A stretch of DNA of 63,567 bases, the filler included, from Klebsormidium nitens (lineage: Eukaryota; Plantae; Klebsormidiophyceae), in NCBI GenBank assembly GCA_000708835.1. It is 7 parts of 7 records of this genome, joined end to end, with 100 filler letters (N's around TTAATTAATTAA, not from the genome) between each part and the next. Parts side by side here need not be neighbours in the genome. Positions count along the whole stretch, not along the records: positions 1 to 25,106 come from DF237848.1; positions 25,207 to 36,730 come from DF237963.1; 5 more parts are not named here. The stretch is one strand, 5' to 3'. Positions 10,992-28,400 of this stretch are shown in pieces. The position numbers and the translations under genes were made by a program. Below the pieces are notes generated by a model. The model saw only the letters and a program-made list of their open reading frames with translations. It was not told where the DNA came from and ran no database searches. The stretch's first letter is position 1. Every line of letters starts with the position of its first letter.

Positions 10992-13588
10992 TCGTCATTG
11001 GGGTCTTGATGTTGAGCTAAAACCCTAAAACCGCTTCCAAGCGGTGCTTGTTTCGGTTTCCGAGTCCGCCAGTTTGACTTAGGGGCCTCCACGCCTGCGC
11101 TCCTCTGCCAAACGTGCGTTGAAGCGGCGCCCGACTGCTGTCTTCCCACCTTTTGCCGCCTGCTTGTGATGCTGACACGCGTCGCTCTGCCGTTGGTCAG
11201 CGGGCTGCCCCAGCAGACGCCGAGAGCCGCCCACTGGTGGCCGCTGGCGGCCGGGCAAGAGGGGGGCAAGAGGCACGGGGACGCAACAGCCGTGACGAGG
11301 GACGTCCCAGGTGAGGCTGCCAGCGCTTCAGGAAACGATTTCGACAGTTTTTCCGTTCGACGTCGTTGATTGTTTCTCCCGAGATGGTGCTCAAACTCGG
11401 GCTGCGTCAGGGTTGCGCCGCAAAGAGGGAGCGCTACGCCGCGCATTTGACTCGGCTGTGGCTCATCAGCGAGCAGAGCGGGGCTAGTCTAATCGAACGG
11501 TACAACGGCAAAAGCCGAATTGGAGACCGAACAGGCAGCATGAGGCCAAGGCTACCAGACCTGAGACGAACTGGGAACCTTCGATGCGTCTTCTTTATCC
11601 TGTTGCATTCGAGGCTTCCAAGGACCAATGCAGTGCGGGCATCTTGTCGCACCTGAGGTCGGCAAGGAGAATGTCCCGTGTGCTCGTAGTCGGTTCTCGG
11701 TAATGGAAGCCTGAGATTTGTCCGTTCCGCTTGCAGCCCATTCCGCCCCAGCGGCCGGGACTGGCGGTACACCGCGCGGGGGCGTCGCTGGCCCGGGCCA
11801 AGCGCGGCTGCAGCACCAGACAAGGTAAGCCGACCTGGCAGGAAACTCGATAACGGGTCTCAAAAGTCCCAGAAGCTTCAGGGTTTGTACCTGGACGTCA
11901 AAGTTCGAAGTTCGAAGTTGCAATATCCCCCATTCGAGTCATAGGTTTCAGGCGCCAGAGTGCGTGCACTCCGACCCAGGGAACCAATTGCTTCCGAAGC
12001 GCGAACTTTCTGCAACTGTGAAAAGCTAGCGCCAAGACGGGAGAAAAGACTTGCACAGCATAGACGTGCCTTCGGTTAGATGCAGGACGTAAACGAAAGC
12101 GTTCGCCGCTACCGAGTTTCTGATTTCAGCACCCGCGTGTAGAAGTCTTCTCCTGCTATCATCGTTTGTGGTTGGCGGGTCAATGTCAGCGGACAAGACA
12201 AAGGGATGGGTCATTTTCAGCCTGAAGGTCATAAAGGCAACGCCTTGGGGATACCCTGTACAAACCCCTAAGCGCCCACTCCTACTTCCTTCCGAAGTCG
12301 CTTTTCTGTTGGATAGGTAAAAGCCCCGTCGGTGAGATCACGGCGCTTCCATCTACGAATCAAGGTCGCACCGGTACTTCGGCGGCGTCGTCTGTGTTTC
12401 TGAAACCCGCTCATGAGTTCGTCTGTGCTCCCCGAGTTCTATTCGTCAGACCTGACCCGCCCTTCCGTCCGGCATCCCCCCAGGAGTGCCGGTCACGCGT
12501 GATCCTTGACGTGGATTCGCACCATTTTGCGCGCACTTTCCTCATTCCCGACACGAGCTCTCGTTTCCGTTCCGTGCAAGGTTGCGGAAGGGGCGTCGTC
12601 TGGGAATGGCGACCTGCAGCGCTCGGGGGAGTTTGTCGTTGCGGGCTTCGGCGGCGCACCTCCCTTTGAGCAGGCCTGGTTGGCGCGGCAAGCACAGGGT
12701 AGTGCGAGGCTGCATTCTGAAAGACAAGGGACGCCCCTGGTGCTCGTGGAAACGTTAGTCGAACTTGTCTGGTAACAGTCCTCACTTGATTGGTGTCGGT
12801 GGCGTTCCTCTAGGAGTGGGTCAGAACCCAGTAGAGCTGATTACAGTTTGTTGACCAGGTCTCTACAACGTTCTATTTATTAAAGTAGGTCGGGCACGTG
12901 TCATATCTCTGTTGCTGAGCGGCAGGTGCATCCGCAAGCACACCTTTGCACACAGCGAGGAGATGTTCTGTCGAAGATTATGACGATCCGGAGTTGGCAA
13001 GGTGGTGCTTGTAGGGTCGTGAAAACGAAGACCTCAATTCTTGGTATCATTGAGTGTAGCCTTCCCAGATTTCCATTAAACGAGAAGGTTCGGACTCTTT
13101 TGACGGATGTCACTGTGAAACTTGAAAGTCGCATTTCAACTTTGCCACTTTCGTTGCCATCACAACCTTCCACACCTTTGACCCGATTGAGTTTCCAACT
13201 CGTCGGCCGTCAGCATGCATGTGCTGATTTACAGTTGCAGTTGCTTAGTTGCATGAATAGTATGCCATGTGTACCACGAGAGTGACTGGATACGATTCTT
13301 ACTTGTTCGAGTTGCGTACCTTTAACGCCAACATGCGCGGCAAAGTTACTGCATGCAAACATCTGTCTCGATCATGCATTGATGGCGATCGTGATCGCTA
13401 GGTACATATTCTGATGCATGTATACCCTGATGGTGAAGTCTACACTTACATGATTAATTGGTAATTCGGAAACGACGATGCAAGCATGAAGTATGTTAAA
13501 CCCGTGCCCTCAGGCACTCGTAGGACCTGTCACGTGACCTCCTAGTCTTGCAGAGACTTGTGACTTGTTGCCATCTCGGAAGATGCAA

Positions 13589-16500
13589 TTACCAACCTCC
13601 AGCCTCTCTCAAAGCCTCTGCTTTTGGATGCGTGACTTGTCTCTCCCCTCTCTGGTTACGCTCGAAACCCTGTCTTCCAAATCCGTTCTCCCTGTAGACC
13701 GGACCTCCCTCTCGGCGGTCACTTCCGGTGCCACGACGGCTATACATAATGTCGTCTTGAGCTGCCAGAGCGCGCCTGCGATCTGCAGCCCGGAACGCAT
13801 CCTGCTCTAAGCCCCTGTCGTCGTGTCCCCACCTGTCCAACCCGCCCCCCCGCTCCCTTAAATACCCGTCAACACCAACCCTTCCTGTCCGGTCAGCCAA
13901 TCGCGGATCCAGAAGCGGCCCCCTGTTTGCCGCCAATTGGGCTTCTAGAGCCGCAGGGTTTTGTCTCAGGTACTGACTCACAAGGGCCCGCTCAAACTCT
14001 GGATCCCGCAGGCGCCTCTCCACCTCGCGCCTCTCGAACAGGGCTTCCATGTGCAGGGGGCGCTCCAAAGGCCGGTCGAACCGGTCGGCCGAGGCCCCGC
14101 GAGGCGCCGGTTGCCAGCCACCCCGCCTGGGAGACCCGGTGTCAACCTCAATGTCAGCCCAGGAAGCTGACTCGTCGACAAGGCTCTCGGCAGTGGCCGC
14201 CCTTCCCGTCTGTTTCGTCTCCAGATCTCCCGAGCGCGGCCGAACGCCTCCCTCCTTTCTTGAGGGCGCAAACTCAGGGGCGGCAGCGGATATTCCGAGC
14301 CCCTGTCTGAGCAACGCATCCGAGGGCGCTGGCGCCCGTCCCCGCACCGCTTCGGGGGGCGCGCTCTCCTGTCTGGGCGCCCCTTCTGCCCGGGGCACCG
14401 CTTGGCCCCCCTCCCCGCCCACCATTTTCTGCACCGCCATTGCCAGGTCCGACGCCGCTGCTACGGGCGTTTCCGTCGAGGCCGCCCACTTCTTAGTAGG
14501 GGACGAAGTCAGGCTCGTGCTGCTAGGCCGGGAGACCCCCCTGGACCGGGGCGGGCTGTCAAACGACGCCTTGTGGGATGCTCCTTTCTCGTACGGAACC
14601 ATCTTCTTGATAGGGGCGTCCAGGACGGGGGACGCGAGCCGCTTTGGGGGCACTTCGAAAGGGGGGGCCGCCGCTCGAAGAGTAGACGCCAGAACTTTTG
14701 ACCAGGGTCCCGTTGCTAGCCCCAGCTCCGAGGCTCTCGGCTTGACGTCCGGCGCCTTCACTTCTAACCTCGTCTTTTCTTCTGGGTTCGGTTCTGATTT
14801 ACTATCGCCTTCCCCGCTAACCACCTTCTCAACCGACGGCTCGACTGGTTCTGTAACCGGCGCCGGTTCCTTCTCCTGCAGCTGCTCGACTGCAGAAGCG
14901 GTCTCCATAGTATCCGAGTCGGCTCCCGTCACTGGGGACGCTTTTGGCCCCCCTGTCTCCACCTTCTCCTCCTGGCGCTTGCCCCACGCCCCCTTCAGAA
15001 CAGGCGCCGCAACCTCTGGCACACTTCCATCCTCAGCCGCTTTCTTCTCGCCCCCTAACTCCGGCCAGGCTTCCTGGACGTCTTCGGTCTGTTTCTCATC
15101 TGGCGCCGGCGATGCAAAGCGGGTGTGCGTGGCCTGGGCCTCAGGGGCGCGCCGCCAGCTGTCAGCGGAAGAACCCCTCTCGCTTTGGGGGGGTGGCTGG
15201 AGGGGGGCACCAGGGAGGGGGGTGTGGATTGCGGTCTGTGTGAGGTGGTAGGGCGCCTTGCCAGGGTCCATCTTACGGAGGGTAATGGAGATGCGCTTGG
15301 CAGGCACGCCGGGGATGCAGTGCTTGGCAACGTCGGCGCCGTTCCCGTTCAGGATCAGGACCGAGCTGCAGGTAGCAAACGCGACAGCGGTAAGCGTTTG
15401 CGTGAAAGCATAAGGTGCAGAGTGCCGGATACGAGGGCTGGGAGCTTGACGAGGACATGTATGCACGCTGAAAGAAATCAAAAGGGGAAGGCGCAGAACA
15501 GCAATACGGGGGGTCTAACTAAGACTCAACATGCCATTTGCATTTGCCCAAGGCTGAAAGCTTGTGGCTACTCTCGAGAGAACGTTTTGTGTTCAGGGTA
15601 CTAAAGGCTGACAGACTCTCGAAGCAGCTAGGGTTAAGGGCAGCCACTGACCAGAGCCAGAAGAGTCCAGGTTTGAGGCAAAAGTAGAGATAGACACCGC
15701 AAGCTCAGCTACTGACGTTGAAGAAGTAATCTCAATCTCGTTCTCTGTTGTGATGGCGCAGACCAAGATGTGCAGCGAACAAAGCGTTTGTCGCAGGAAT
15801 CCTTACCCGACTGGGAGACTGATACGCACAGGCCCCGCGAACTCGCCCTCGCCTACTGGCTCTAGCTTGGTCCCAAACACGATGTTTGCTTCGGACAGGA
15901 GCGAGAGTGTGCAGAAGGGCCTCAGGAAGTCGTGGTGGTCGATGTGAGGAGGGATGCAGTCGCCCTGCGAGAAACAAGAGCAGGACAGCAAGCATTCAAA
16001 AGGTGCAGGAAAGGGACGGACATTACGTGGCTGCTAAAAGCGGGACGGAGCACTTGTATGCCGCTTGACAACCGCTGTAAACTGCTCCACTATGGAAACG
16101 ACGATTCTGCCGACCATAGCTTCGTGTGCAGGCTCTTAAGTGGACCCGGAGGACGCCCAGGGTATTCCTGTGTAGGATCAGGGCCCGGAAAATGAATAAC
16201 TGTTAACACGTCATGGCTGCAATTGTTGACAAGGAGTGTCACCACTTGGTCAGAAAGGCTGCAGAGCACAGCATAAGGCATTGGAAACTGCTGCGCTCGT
16301 GTGATAGAAATTGTTTATTGGTGACAAAGAGCAAGGTTAGTCACAGTGAAAAACCTAAAGTAAGAAGCCTGACTGAATGGCACTCACTTCATCGTAGATG
16401 TTGACAATGCAAGAGTCGGGCCGGCAGCTCTCGGGTACGACGCCCCAGTTGATCATGCGCTTGATGATGCTCTGGATGATGGGCGGGATGGGATCCACCT

Positions 16501-19500
16501 CCTCGTCTGCATTACTCAGGGCGATTTGGCTTTTATGTCAAGTGAGGGCACGGCAGAACGGTGGTCATGTGCCAGCTTCATAGACGTTGGCAAGTACCAT
16601 GCGTCAGCATGCAACGGCCGGGTTTGAATCTTCCTTAAATCATTTCCGTTGACCCTGAGGGATCGGGTTGAGTGTTCTTCTGAGCTTGTCAGCTGCAAGC
16701 TGTAATCTGGGCTGGTGCAACAAACAACGCAGCATGACACTGACGTGGCTCTTTTCGAACCCACGGATCAATCAGGCCAGCCGACGGAAAGGACAACTCC
16801 AAAATCACCTCGCACGATGCCAGGGGGGTTGCCCGTTTTGTCGATTGCGTAATTGTAGCAGCAGCCAAACTGGATCGTCACTCGGCCCTTGCCACGCATC
16901 CACTTCCGCGGCTGGGTGTACGTCCTGGCTGTGACGTCAACAAAAGAGAGTTAAATCAAACTGAGAACGGCAGACAGGGAGCTCATTTGGCACTGCTCTC
17001 GTACTGGCACGACATCGAAACATGAGGCCACAGGCAGCACGCAAACTTCGCAGTCCCTCCGTTTTCTCTTTTAGAAGACAAACCGAATGGGCAGGCATCT
17101 CCAGTACAAGCCAAGAGACAGCTGCACGTGTACTCACGCATCAGCTTCCCCGCCTGCCCTTCCTCCTGAAGGGTGTAGATCCTCTTGACCAGCTTCGCCT
17201 GCTCGTCTGCGTTCAGAACATTCTCGTGCAGCTCTAACCCTTGAAGAATATTCACCTGCAAGCACGCAGATTGGGCTCACCATCATCTGCTAACGATACC
17301 TACGTGGAACACAAGGGGCACGAGTGCCGGCTGCTACTTTTACTGGGTTTTTGTCAAGGCAGACTCCTTTATCCTGAGAAACGACACAACAGGTCACGTG
17401 CAGGTCTGATTGTCATTGAATTCAAGGTGATACAAGAAGTGTAAGCCCTGCACTTTCATCCCCGAACATGCCGAGCAATTCGACAATCCTTGGTTAACCC
17501 ACCAACACTCTGCATAGATTGGTGTTAAATCAGCCACTTACCATTCGCCCTGACCTGTCTCTCTCCATGTACACAAAGTCCCGTGTGCTCTTCATCTTTG
17601 CCTTCCGCTGGTCCTGTGTCAACACCACCTTTGGTGCCCCAGCTGCCGGGGCTCCCGGCTCTGCTGTTTCCGAACTGCTCGCTAACGCCTGTGAAAAGCT
17701 CTTTACAGGGGCGGCTGCTGTGCCCTGCGAACCACCCCCTGCCGCCTCCGGAACTGCCTCCGGTCCCGCTCCATCTCTCTCTCCAGACTCTCCGCTAGCA
17801 CTCGTCACCGCTTCCAGTGCTCCACGGGGGTTCTGGTTTTCCTTGCCTTTCTCCAGCTTAGGCTGGAGGTCGCCCCGGCCAGCCTCCGCCAGGGCGGGCT
17901 TGCGGCTGGCAGTCTGCCGCGCAAGCTCCTGCTTCGCCGCTTCCCTCTCCGCCTTTTGCCTCAGCAGGCGCTCCATCCGCTCCTGCTTCGCCTCGTGCAT
18001 AGACTGCCCCTCCTGCGTCGTCTTGGCAGCGTCCTTGAGCGCCGCAAACAGGGTGAATGTTGGCGCAACACGCGGCCGGACTTTGACGGGGTTGCCCTTC
18101 ACAGATTTTGTCACCTCAGACCCGGCTGATTGCGGTGCCCCATCGTTTTCGCCGTCAACTTCTTCGTCCCCAGGCTTAAAAACCTCGCCTCCCTCCCGTG
18201 GCGGCTCCTCCGTTGCTACTTCGTCCACGTTGATGTCATCAACGTCCGCAGTGGACTCTGAGTATGAGATTTCCGGCTGCTTTGCAGGCTGGCCAGAACT
18301 CAACTCTGTCTCGTCCTGATCAACTTCGAAACCGCTGCTCTCTGCGCCTTTCTCGTCAACTCCAGCCCCGGCTCCTCCAGCCCCTTCCACCTTAACGTCG
18401 GCTCTCCCGTCCACACCACCTCCACTAATTTTCCTACCCCCCTCGACGGCAACGTCCGCAACTTCTCTCGATGCCTCTGCAACTCTGGCGCTCTCCTCTT
18501 TGTTACCACTGTCCCCAGTCCCGCCTGCATCGGCAGGGCCCTCTTCCCCGCCCTTATCTAACTGATCACCCCTGTTCCCTCCTCCCCAAGCTTCCCCTGT
18601 CTCATTTGCCTCAAGGGCCCCAACAGCCTCCCCCCCAAGTGCGCTTGCTATCCCCTCCGTGGCCTCACTTCCAGCTTTGCTCTCATGTTCCTTCTCTTCT
18701 TCCTTGTTGTCTCTTGCTGCAGCTACCCCCTCCCCTTCCTTTCGGACAAGAACCGGGCTCACTATCGGGGCACGGGAGTCACCATCGTCCTCCAAGTCAT
18801 CTTCGTCCTCTATCGCATCTTTCCACTCGCTCTCGGCAGCCCCCTCACTGCTCGCCCCCCTGCTGTCCATCCCCTTTTCCATCTCGGGGGGTGGCCCCAC
18901 GATGCTGCTGGCACTGCTCCCAGTGCTCTTGGTGGACAGGTTCAGGACCCTGTTCAGAGACCGCCCAACCAGCACCTTGGCCGTTTCTACGGGCTCCCCT
19001 CCGGCCCGAGCGGTGCTCCCCTCCTCAGAGGAGAGGTCGTCCTCGACTACCGACTTGTAATCGCTCTTGTCAAAGGGGCTCTGGCCCCTTGCACTCTGCC
19101 CTGGCCCCTCGCTTCCCCCCTCCTTGAGGCCTCCGTTCACGCTACAGTCCCCGCTATCCTCCTGAAAGCCCCCGACAGGCTCCTCAGCCTGAGGTGCAGG
19201 CTTGAAAGTCTCTGCTGAGGTATCTCCTCCCAAGGGGACCGCTATGCGGCCCTTACTGGGGCTGTGACTGCTGACCTCCACCTCGCCCTGGCTTTCTTCC
19301 TGGTCCCCCTCAGCACAAGCGGCCGCACCGTCATCGTTTGAGGGAACTTTCCCATGTGCTGCTGCAGCCAGACGTGTACTGTCGATAACGGCTGCAACCG
19401 AGTCTGCCGCACTATGTTCCCGCTGCAGCGGCGCCACCATTATACGGGTCAGCGCCGCTAACCCCTCATTAACCCTCTCGCCTTCGACCTGCCGTGGGAG

Positions 19501-19890
19501 CCTTCGAGCCGTCCGCACAGGCCTGGCCGCCCGCTCCTCCTCTACCCCCGTCTCTTGTTTACCCTCAACTGACCCAGTTTCTAAACCCTCAGCCTGGACA
19601 ACCCGCTCAGGCTTGTCCTCAGGAGCCGGCGCAGCAAGAGCGGCAGACGAGAGGTGCTCTGCTTCTAATGCCCGCACTCGCCTCTTGAGCTTCAGGTAAC
19701 AGCCGCTGCACATCCCAGGATCGGGCTCCCCCTCAAGGAGCCTCAGGATGTGCGCTTGCGCGCTCACACGCGCCTCGATGTAGCGCTGCTCCTCCTTGTA
19801 CTCCGCCAGCTCCCCTTGCACCTGCTGCAGCTTTGCAGCCAGCGCCCGTTCCGCTGGGGAACTCCCAGCAAAGAGTTCAAGGCCTTCCAT
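13589..19890 (-). CDS. ALKBH9: ALKBH9-like AlkB-family 2OG-Fe(II) RNA (m6A) demethylase, ~1546 aa, 6 coding exons
   Basis: Exons 19890-17542, 17255-17138, 16928-16809, 16506-16388, 15964-15807 and 15365-13589 have GT-AG borders and total 4641 nt in frame. Motifs: GLELHENVL, KWMRGKGRVTIQFGCCYNYA, PDSCIVNIYDEGDCIPPHIDH (HxD), AKHCIP (distal His) and KRISITLRK. Confidence 0.95.
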
Positions 19891-21330
19891 CGTCGCTTCC
19901 AGCGCCGTTTAAAGGTTGGACTTTCGTCCAACTGCTTCCACTCTCGCACCCTGTGAAAGCAAGCCAACTTGGATTTAGAAAAGCCGAAGGTAAGCAACCT
20001 AGACTCTATAAGCTTCTCGCGTTCTCACAAAGTCCCTGAGACAGGAAAATGCTTTCGAAAGATAAGATGCATATTGTTTACATGGTGACAACTGGACATC
20101 GCAACAAAGCTCGGTAAAAAGAAGCAGGGGGACACCAGAAGCAGAGGGGATATAAGAGCAGGCCAAAGGCATACAGAATCCTAAAACAGTGCCGCTCCGG
20201 CGCTCTTTTCGCCCTTGATTATCTTGTATACGCGTCCTGCATCCAGTTCACAGCACTCTAAACAATCAACCTTAAAGGTGCTCCCACAATATAATCATGT
20301 ATGACTCTGACATGTCGTTGCAGGGACAGCCACACGAGCAGTTGTTCCATGTGATCCGACCAGAAGTGGATGGCCATGTTACCAAAGAAAATTTTGCTCA
20401 CGCAGATTGAAGTAGTAAAGCGAGGGCAAAGAAAGGGCAAAGAGAGGGCTCCGCATCCCTGAGGTTGCACAGCAAGATGTTCACTATTATTCCAATCAGA
20501 CACCACATGAGCATAAGGAGGCTGCCTGGCAGCAGGGCAAATGATTCTAGGCAGGTAGAATGTTTACCCTCAACGCCTCAAAGAGACTTTAAGTGTGGAG
20601 CAGACCAAAAGCTTCAATCAACATACATTCAGTGCGACTCACATGTTTGCAGACAGTAAGACAGAAGTTCTAATCTACACATCCAGCGAATTGTGTTGTT
20701 CAGGAATCAGATGCAACACAAAATCTCCATCTTTACCATAGGGAGACAATCTTGGGTAGAGCTGAGGTTGTCTAAAACAATCCACCAAAGTGCAGAGAGT
20801 GTTTGCCCCGGTGCATTTGTGAATAAAAGTGGCAACACAAACCAGTCCCATCGATCCTTTTGACTGTTCCCAGTGTTATAGAACAAGGCCAAGAGCGTCG
20901 CTTGCAAAGGACGTCAAATAAAGCAGCGCAGGAATTGAATCTTGGCTTCCCAATCAACCGAAGTAACGAAGCAGCAAAATCTTCGAGTATCTTTCTCCGT
21001 GCACCGAGATTGCTGCTCAACTCTGTGCTCACCTCAAAACAGGGGCGCCCCTAGTAGTTGTACTTCAACCATCCAAGAATCTTGACACTCCGCTTTGAAA
21101 ACCACCTGCCGCCGCTGTTTGCAGCGCCCCGCCACCATCCGAGCTCTGCCCTTCTAACTTTTAGAGCGCAATCCAGTCTGTGCGCTCGATCGAAAGAAAC
21201 CATCGAACCTGACAGTGAGGCTGAACACCTTGAACCTGACCTCTCGAGTCTCAGAAGCAGAGTGAAGTTGGCCGCCGCCCTGGTAGGTTTTACGACGAAG
21301 AAGCACAGAATGCAAACCGATTCTACGGAA

Positions 21331-24754
<3,424 letters not shown>

Positions 24755-25447
24755 GCTTAAAAATCTCGTAAGAACTCACATGCAATCCTCAGGGCCGCAC
24801 ATTTTAGATTGTGAATGTCTCTAGGCCAAACAACAATTATGTACAAAGGAAGCTCGTAATCCGAAGAAGAGCCTCTTATGCGTTAGGAACTTTGCAGCAC
24901 CGATCAAGTCGTGGGATTGAAGGTTGTTGTCTATCCCCTGTTGCTTGCGCAATGGAGCAGTAAAGTGGCGCATACAAGACAGATGTCTGGCTTCCGCTTG
25001 TACGTTTCCCTGTATACAAAGATGGCTACTCTGTCTCGAGCAGCATGTACAATTGGCTTGTACAACCTGTGTGATGCGGAATGACAACGTTTTATGGACA
25101 AACTTTNNNNNNNNNNNNNNNNNNNNNNNNNNNNNNNNNNNNNNNNNNNNTTAATTAATTAANNNNNNNNNNNNNNNNNNNNNNNNNNNNNNNNNNNNNN
25201 NNNNNNCACATGGATGGGGCAAGTCGGTGATACCCTTGCAAGCGCGGCGCCTCCTTTGCACAACATTCTGCCCCTCAATCGTCCCATTCAGCACCAGTAT
25301 TCTGTCGTGTTGTCTGAAAGGTGCTCACTGCAGTCCGCGCGGCTTCAGCATCAGCTGGTCTCATGGCGTCGTGTTGTCTCGAAAGGGGCCAGACTGAGGT
25401 TCTTCTTTGAGTGCGGTCGTAAGTAGCTCGTTCCTGCTGTGCTGCAG

Positions 25448-28400
25448 GCCCGCGAAGAGGTCAAGCTGCCATTCAAAGTGCCCGACAGACTTCACGAGGG
25501 TTTCAGAAACCCCCGCGTGATGTCTGAACGCGGCACCGAGCGCAGCTCCCAGAATTCTGAGTTTGTCAAGGCGCGCATGCTGGCGCTGCTAAGAGAGCGC
25601 CTGCACCCCACCGCTTGCGAGGAGGGCGAGGATCGCTACAATTACAGCGATCGCACAGAGCCCTGCTACACGGGTCGGATCCACGAAAACCGTCAGAATC
25701 TGAGATGCTTCCTCAACCCGAACGGCAAGATCTATGCCCTCTGCTACAGCCAGAACACCGAGGGTGGGGACTCGGAAGATCCCTGCGTCAGCACAGCGTT
25801 TTGCCTTGGAGACCTTTACGAGGACGACAACTCGTACGAGAGCGGCGCTGTCCAGGTGGACCTGGAGCACCTCAGGCGGGTTCCCGACGCGTCGACCCCT
25901 AGGCTCGTGTCCGAAGTCGCAGCTGGTGTGAGGAGTGCGGACGACGTGATGAAGCTGAATGCGGTCACCAACGAGTGAGCATCACTCTTTCGATTTGCAG
26001 GCATCGTCTTTGCCGGTTGAGGCTTGAAGCATAATCTGTCGGTCTGCAGTACAGGTCGGTCAATATCTGTCAATGTCTGTTAATGTCGGTCTGCGAAACA
26101 GGCGCGCTTGCTTTCTGCGGGTTGTGAACACCCTTGTCAACCTCGTTTTCATAATAAAATCGGCTATCACACCAATTGTCGAGGCGCAAAGACTTTCTCT
26201 TTCTGAGAGAAATCTGAATAAAGTCCTCCCTGGCTCGGCTGATTCCAGGCCCCTGATCGAATTGATGCCAAACCAGTGAAAGGTGTTTGCTTTCAAGGCC
26301 CCCAAAACATCATGCTGAGTTTTTCAAGAGCCCCATAGGACTCTTCTCGCTTTGTGTCTTGAAATCTTTCACTGCCGTCCAGCCGGGTCCTCAGCAAGTG
26401 TCGTCATCTGCTCGCTCGTTTTTTTGTTGTCTTAGCTGACACAGTGCTGCCCGGATTCGTGTAGGTGGGTCGCGGGCACGTTTCCGCTGCTCGGCATCAG
26501 GTCCGGCGTCAACACCGGCAAGACGGTGTTCTGCGGGGCGGTCGGGGACGAGCTCTGGCGAGCCAGCGACCGCCCCATGACCACGATCATGATCACATAC
26601 CGTGTGGCGCAAGCCCAGGACCTCAAGCTCCGCTTTCCTCGCACCGTGAACTACCTCGACCTGAAGGCTGACCACGCGGACGAGTGGTTCTCAGATCCGC
26701 GTGATGTGCGCGTCCTCCTGACGGCGCTCCAATGCCGGGAGAAGTTCCCTGAGGTAGTGGTTCAGGTGGACAGCCTTCTGCACCTCCGGCCGGAAGGCAT
26801 CGGCGAGGTTGCTCCGTTCGACCTCGTGATCCTGGACGAGGTGGCCAGCATTCTTGCGCACCTCTCAGCGGCGACCCTGAGAAACGGCATTGAGACCAGT
26901 GAGCTGCTGCTGGAGATTGTGCGGCGGGGGAAGCGCGTGTTGGCCATGGACGATGGGTACGGCCAGCGGGAGCACGACTTCTTCCAGCTCGCAAACGTGC
27001 CCGGAAAGCTCATCATCAACACGAGAAGGGCAGCGGTGGGTCTCTCTGTCTCTATGTCTCGTGCAGGGCTTCCTAGGGGTCAAGCGGCTATTCAGCAAAT
27101 GCTCGTACCGGGCAAGTTTCAGGTGTACCACAAAAGGATCGCTTACTTTTTAAGAAAGAAACGCATTGCTTTGTGGTACGCCCCTCCCTTCCTTTCGCCC
27201 CCTCTGCTGCTGGGGGCAACACGGCCGTACCAAGAAACATTCACGTGTACCACAAAAGGACCGCTTACTTCTTTAGGAAGAAAAGCATCGCTTTGTGGTA
27301 CGCCACCTCCCATTTTTAAGCCCCCCTCCGCTGGTGCGGGCAACTAGTTGCTCAGGCTTGCTTAGAACCGAAGGCTTCATTCGTGGTGTGCAGCTGCTTT
27401 TGGTCATGCTTTGGTGAATCATTTCCGTACCGATTCATGCGCAGGTACCCCTGACCTTCCTCGTGTGTCAGGATGAGGAGAAGTGGCTGGCGCGGATCGT
27501 CGCTGATCTCGAAGCTGGCAAGAACGTGGTCGTCGTCAGCATGTCTGCGCGGGTCCTGGACCGCATCCGGGACCGGGTGACGAAGCACCGCGGGCTCGGG
27601 CTCGCAGACGGCGACATCCTAATCCACAAGGCCCTGAGCGGTGGCGACAACACGGCTCTGCTGAGGAACGTCGCTGTCAATTGGAAGGTCCGCCTGCTCA
27701 TGTACAGCCCGACCGTGGAGGCCGGCGTGAACTTCGACGAGGACTGGTTCCACACCAAGTTCCTCTACATGTGCATGAAAAGCACAACGGCCCGTGCAGC
27801 CTGGCAGGCGACGCTGAGGGTGCGGCGAACCGAGAGCTCGGTGGTACACTGCTTCGTCCAGTCATCCATCTCGGTGTTGCTGTACTCTACGCCATTGATC
27901 CCGGCCTCACGCCTTCACACCTCCGAAGATCAGGTGAGCAAACCCTCACGTGAATAGAATCCCACGCACCCCTCTCTGCTTGACTCCCGTCGCTAAACTT
28001 TCCGTGCTCGAGCTGTTTGGACTTTCACGTGAACACTGACCGCTCGGGAGTCTAAACACACGCACCCCTCTCTGCTTGACCGCGGCGGCTCAACTCTCCG
28101 TGCTCGAGCTGTTGAAGCTTCTCGTGAATCTGCAATCCTCTTCGATATTCGAAGCTCGGTGTGCCTGTTGTGATTCTGATGGGTCTTTTGGCAGGGCATG
28201 ATGGCCACGACACCGGAGGCATTGGATGCCGACGACGACGACGAGCCGGATCCACAGGTGACCGCATCTTCTCCTCCATGCGCCTCATATGCGCCTGTCC
28301 GCTTACTTGCAGCTTGGTGGGTCAGCTTGTTTGGTGGGCCAGCTTTGGCCATGGGCCAGACATGGTGGCCAGTTTTGGTGGGTTGGCCTTGATGGGCAAT

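Noticed and set aside
12901-13173. LRIVIIFDR motif suggesting a CRESS/geminivirus-like capsid
   Set aside because: Only a short motif; no Rep gene or nonanucleotide stem-loop nearby; another frame looks like a decayed exon.
14049-15251. 400-aa plus-strand ORF, and similar ORFs at 17519-19218
   Set aside because: Antisense to GC-rich ALKBH9 exons; composition mirrors the real gene.
25151-25163. TTAATTAATTAA inside N runs (also near 36775, 39932, 52036, 55582, 61218)
   Set aside because: Identical all-frame stop linker centred in each gap; an assembly artefact, not biology.
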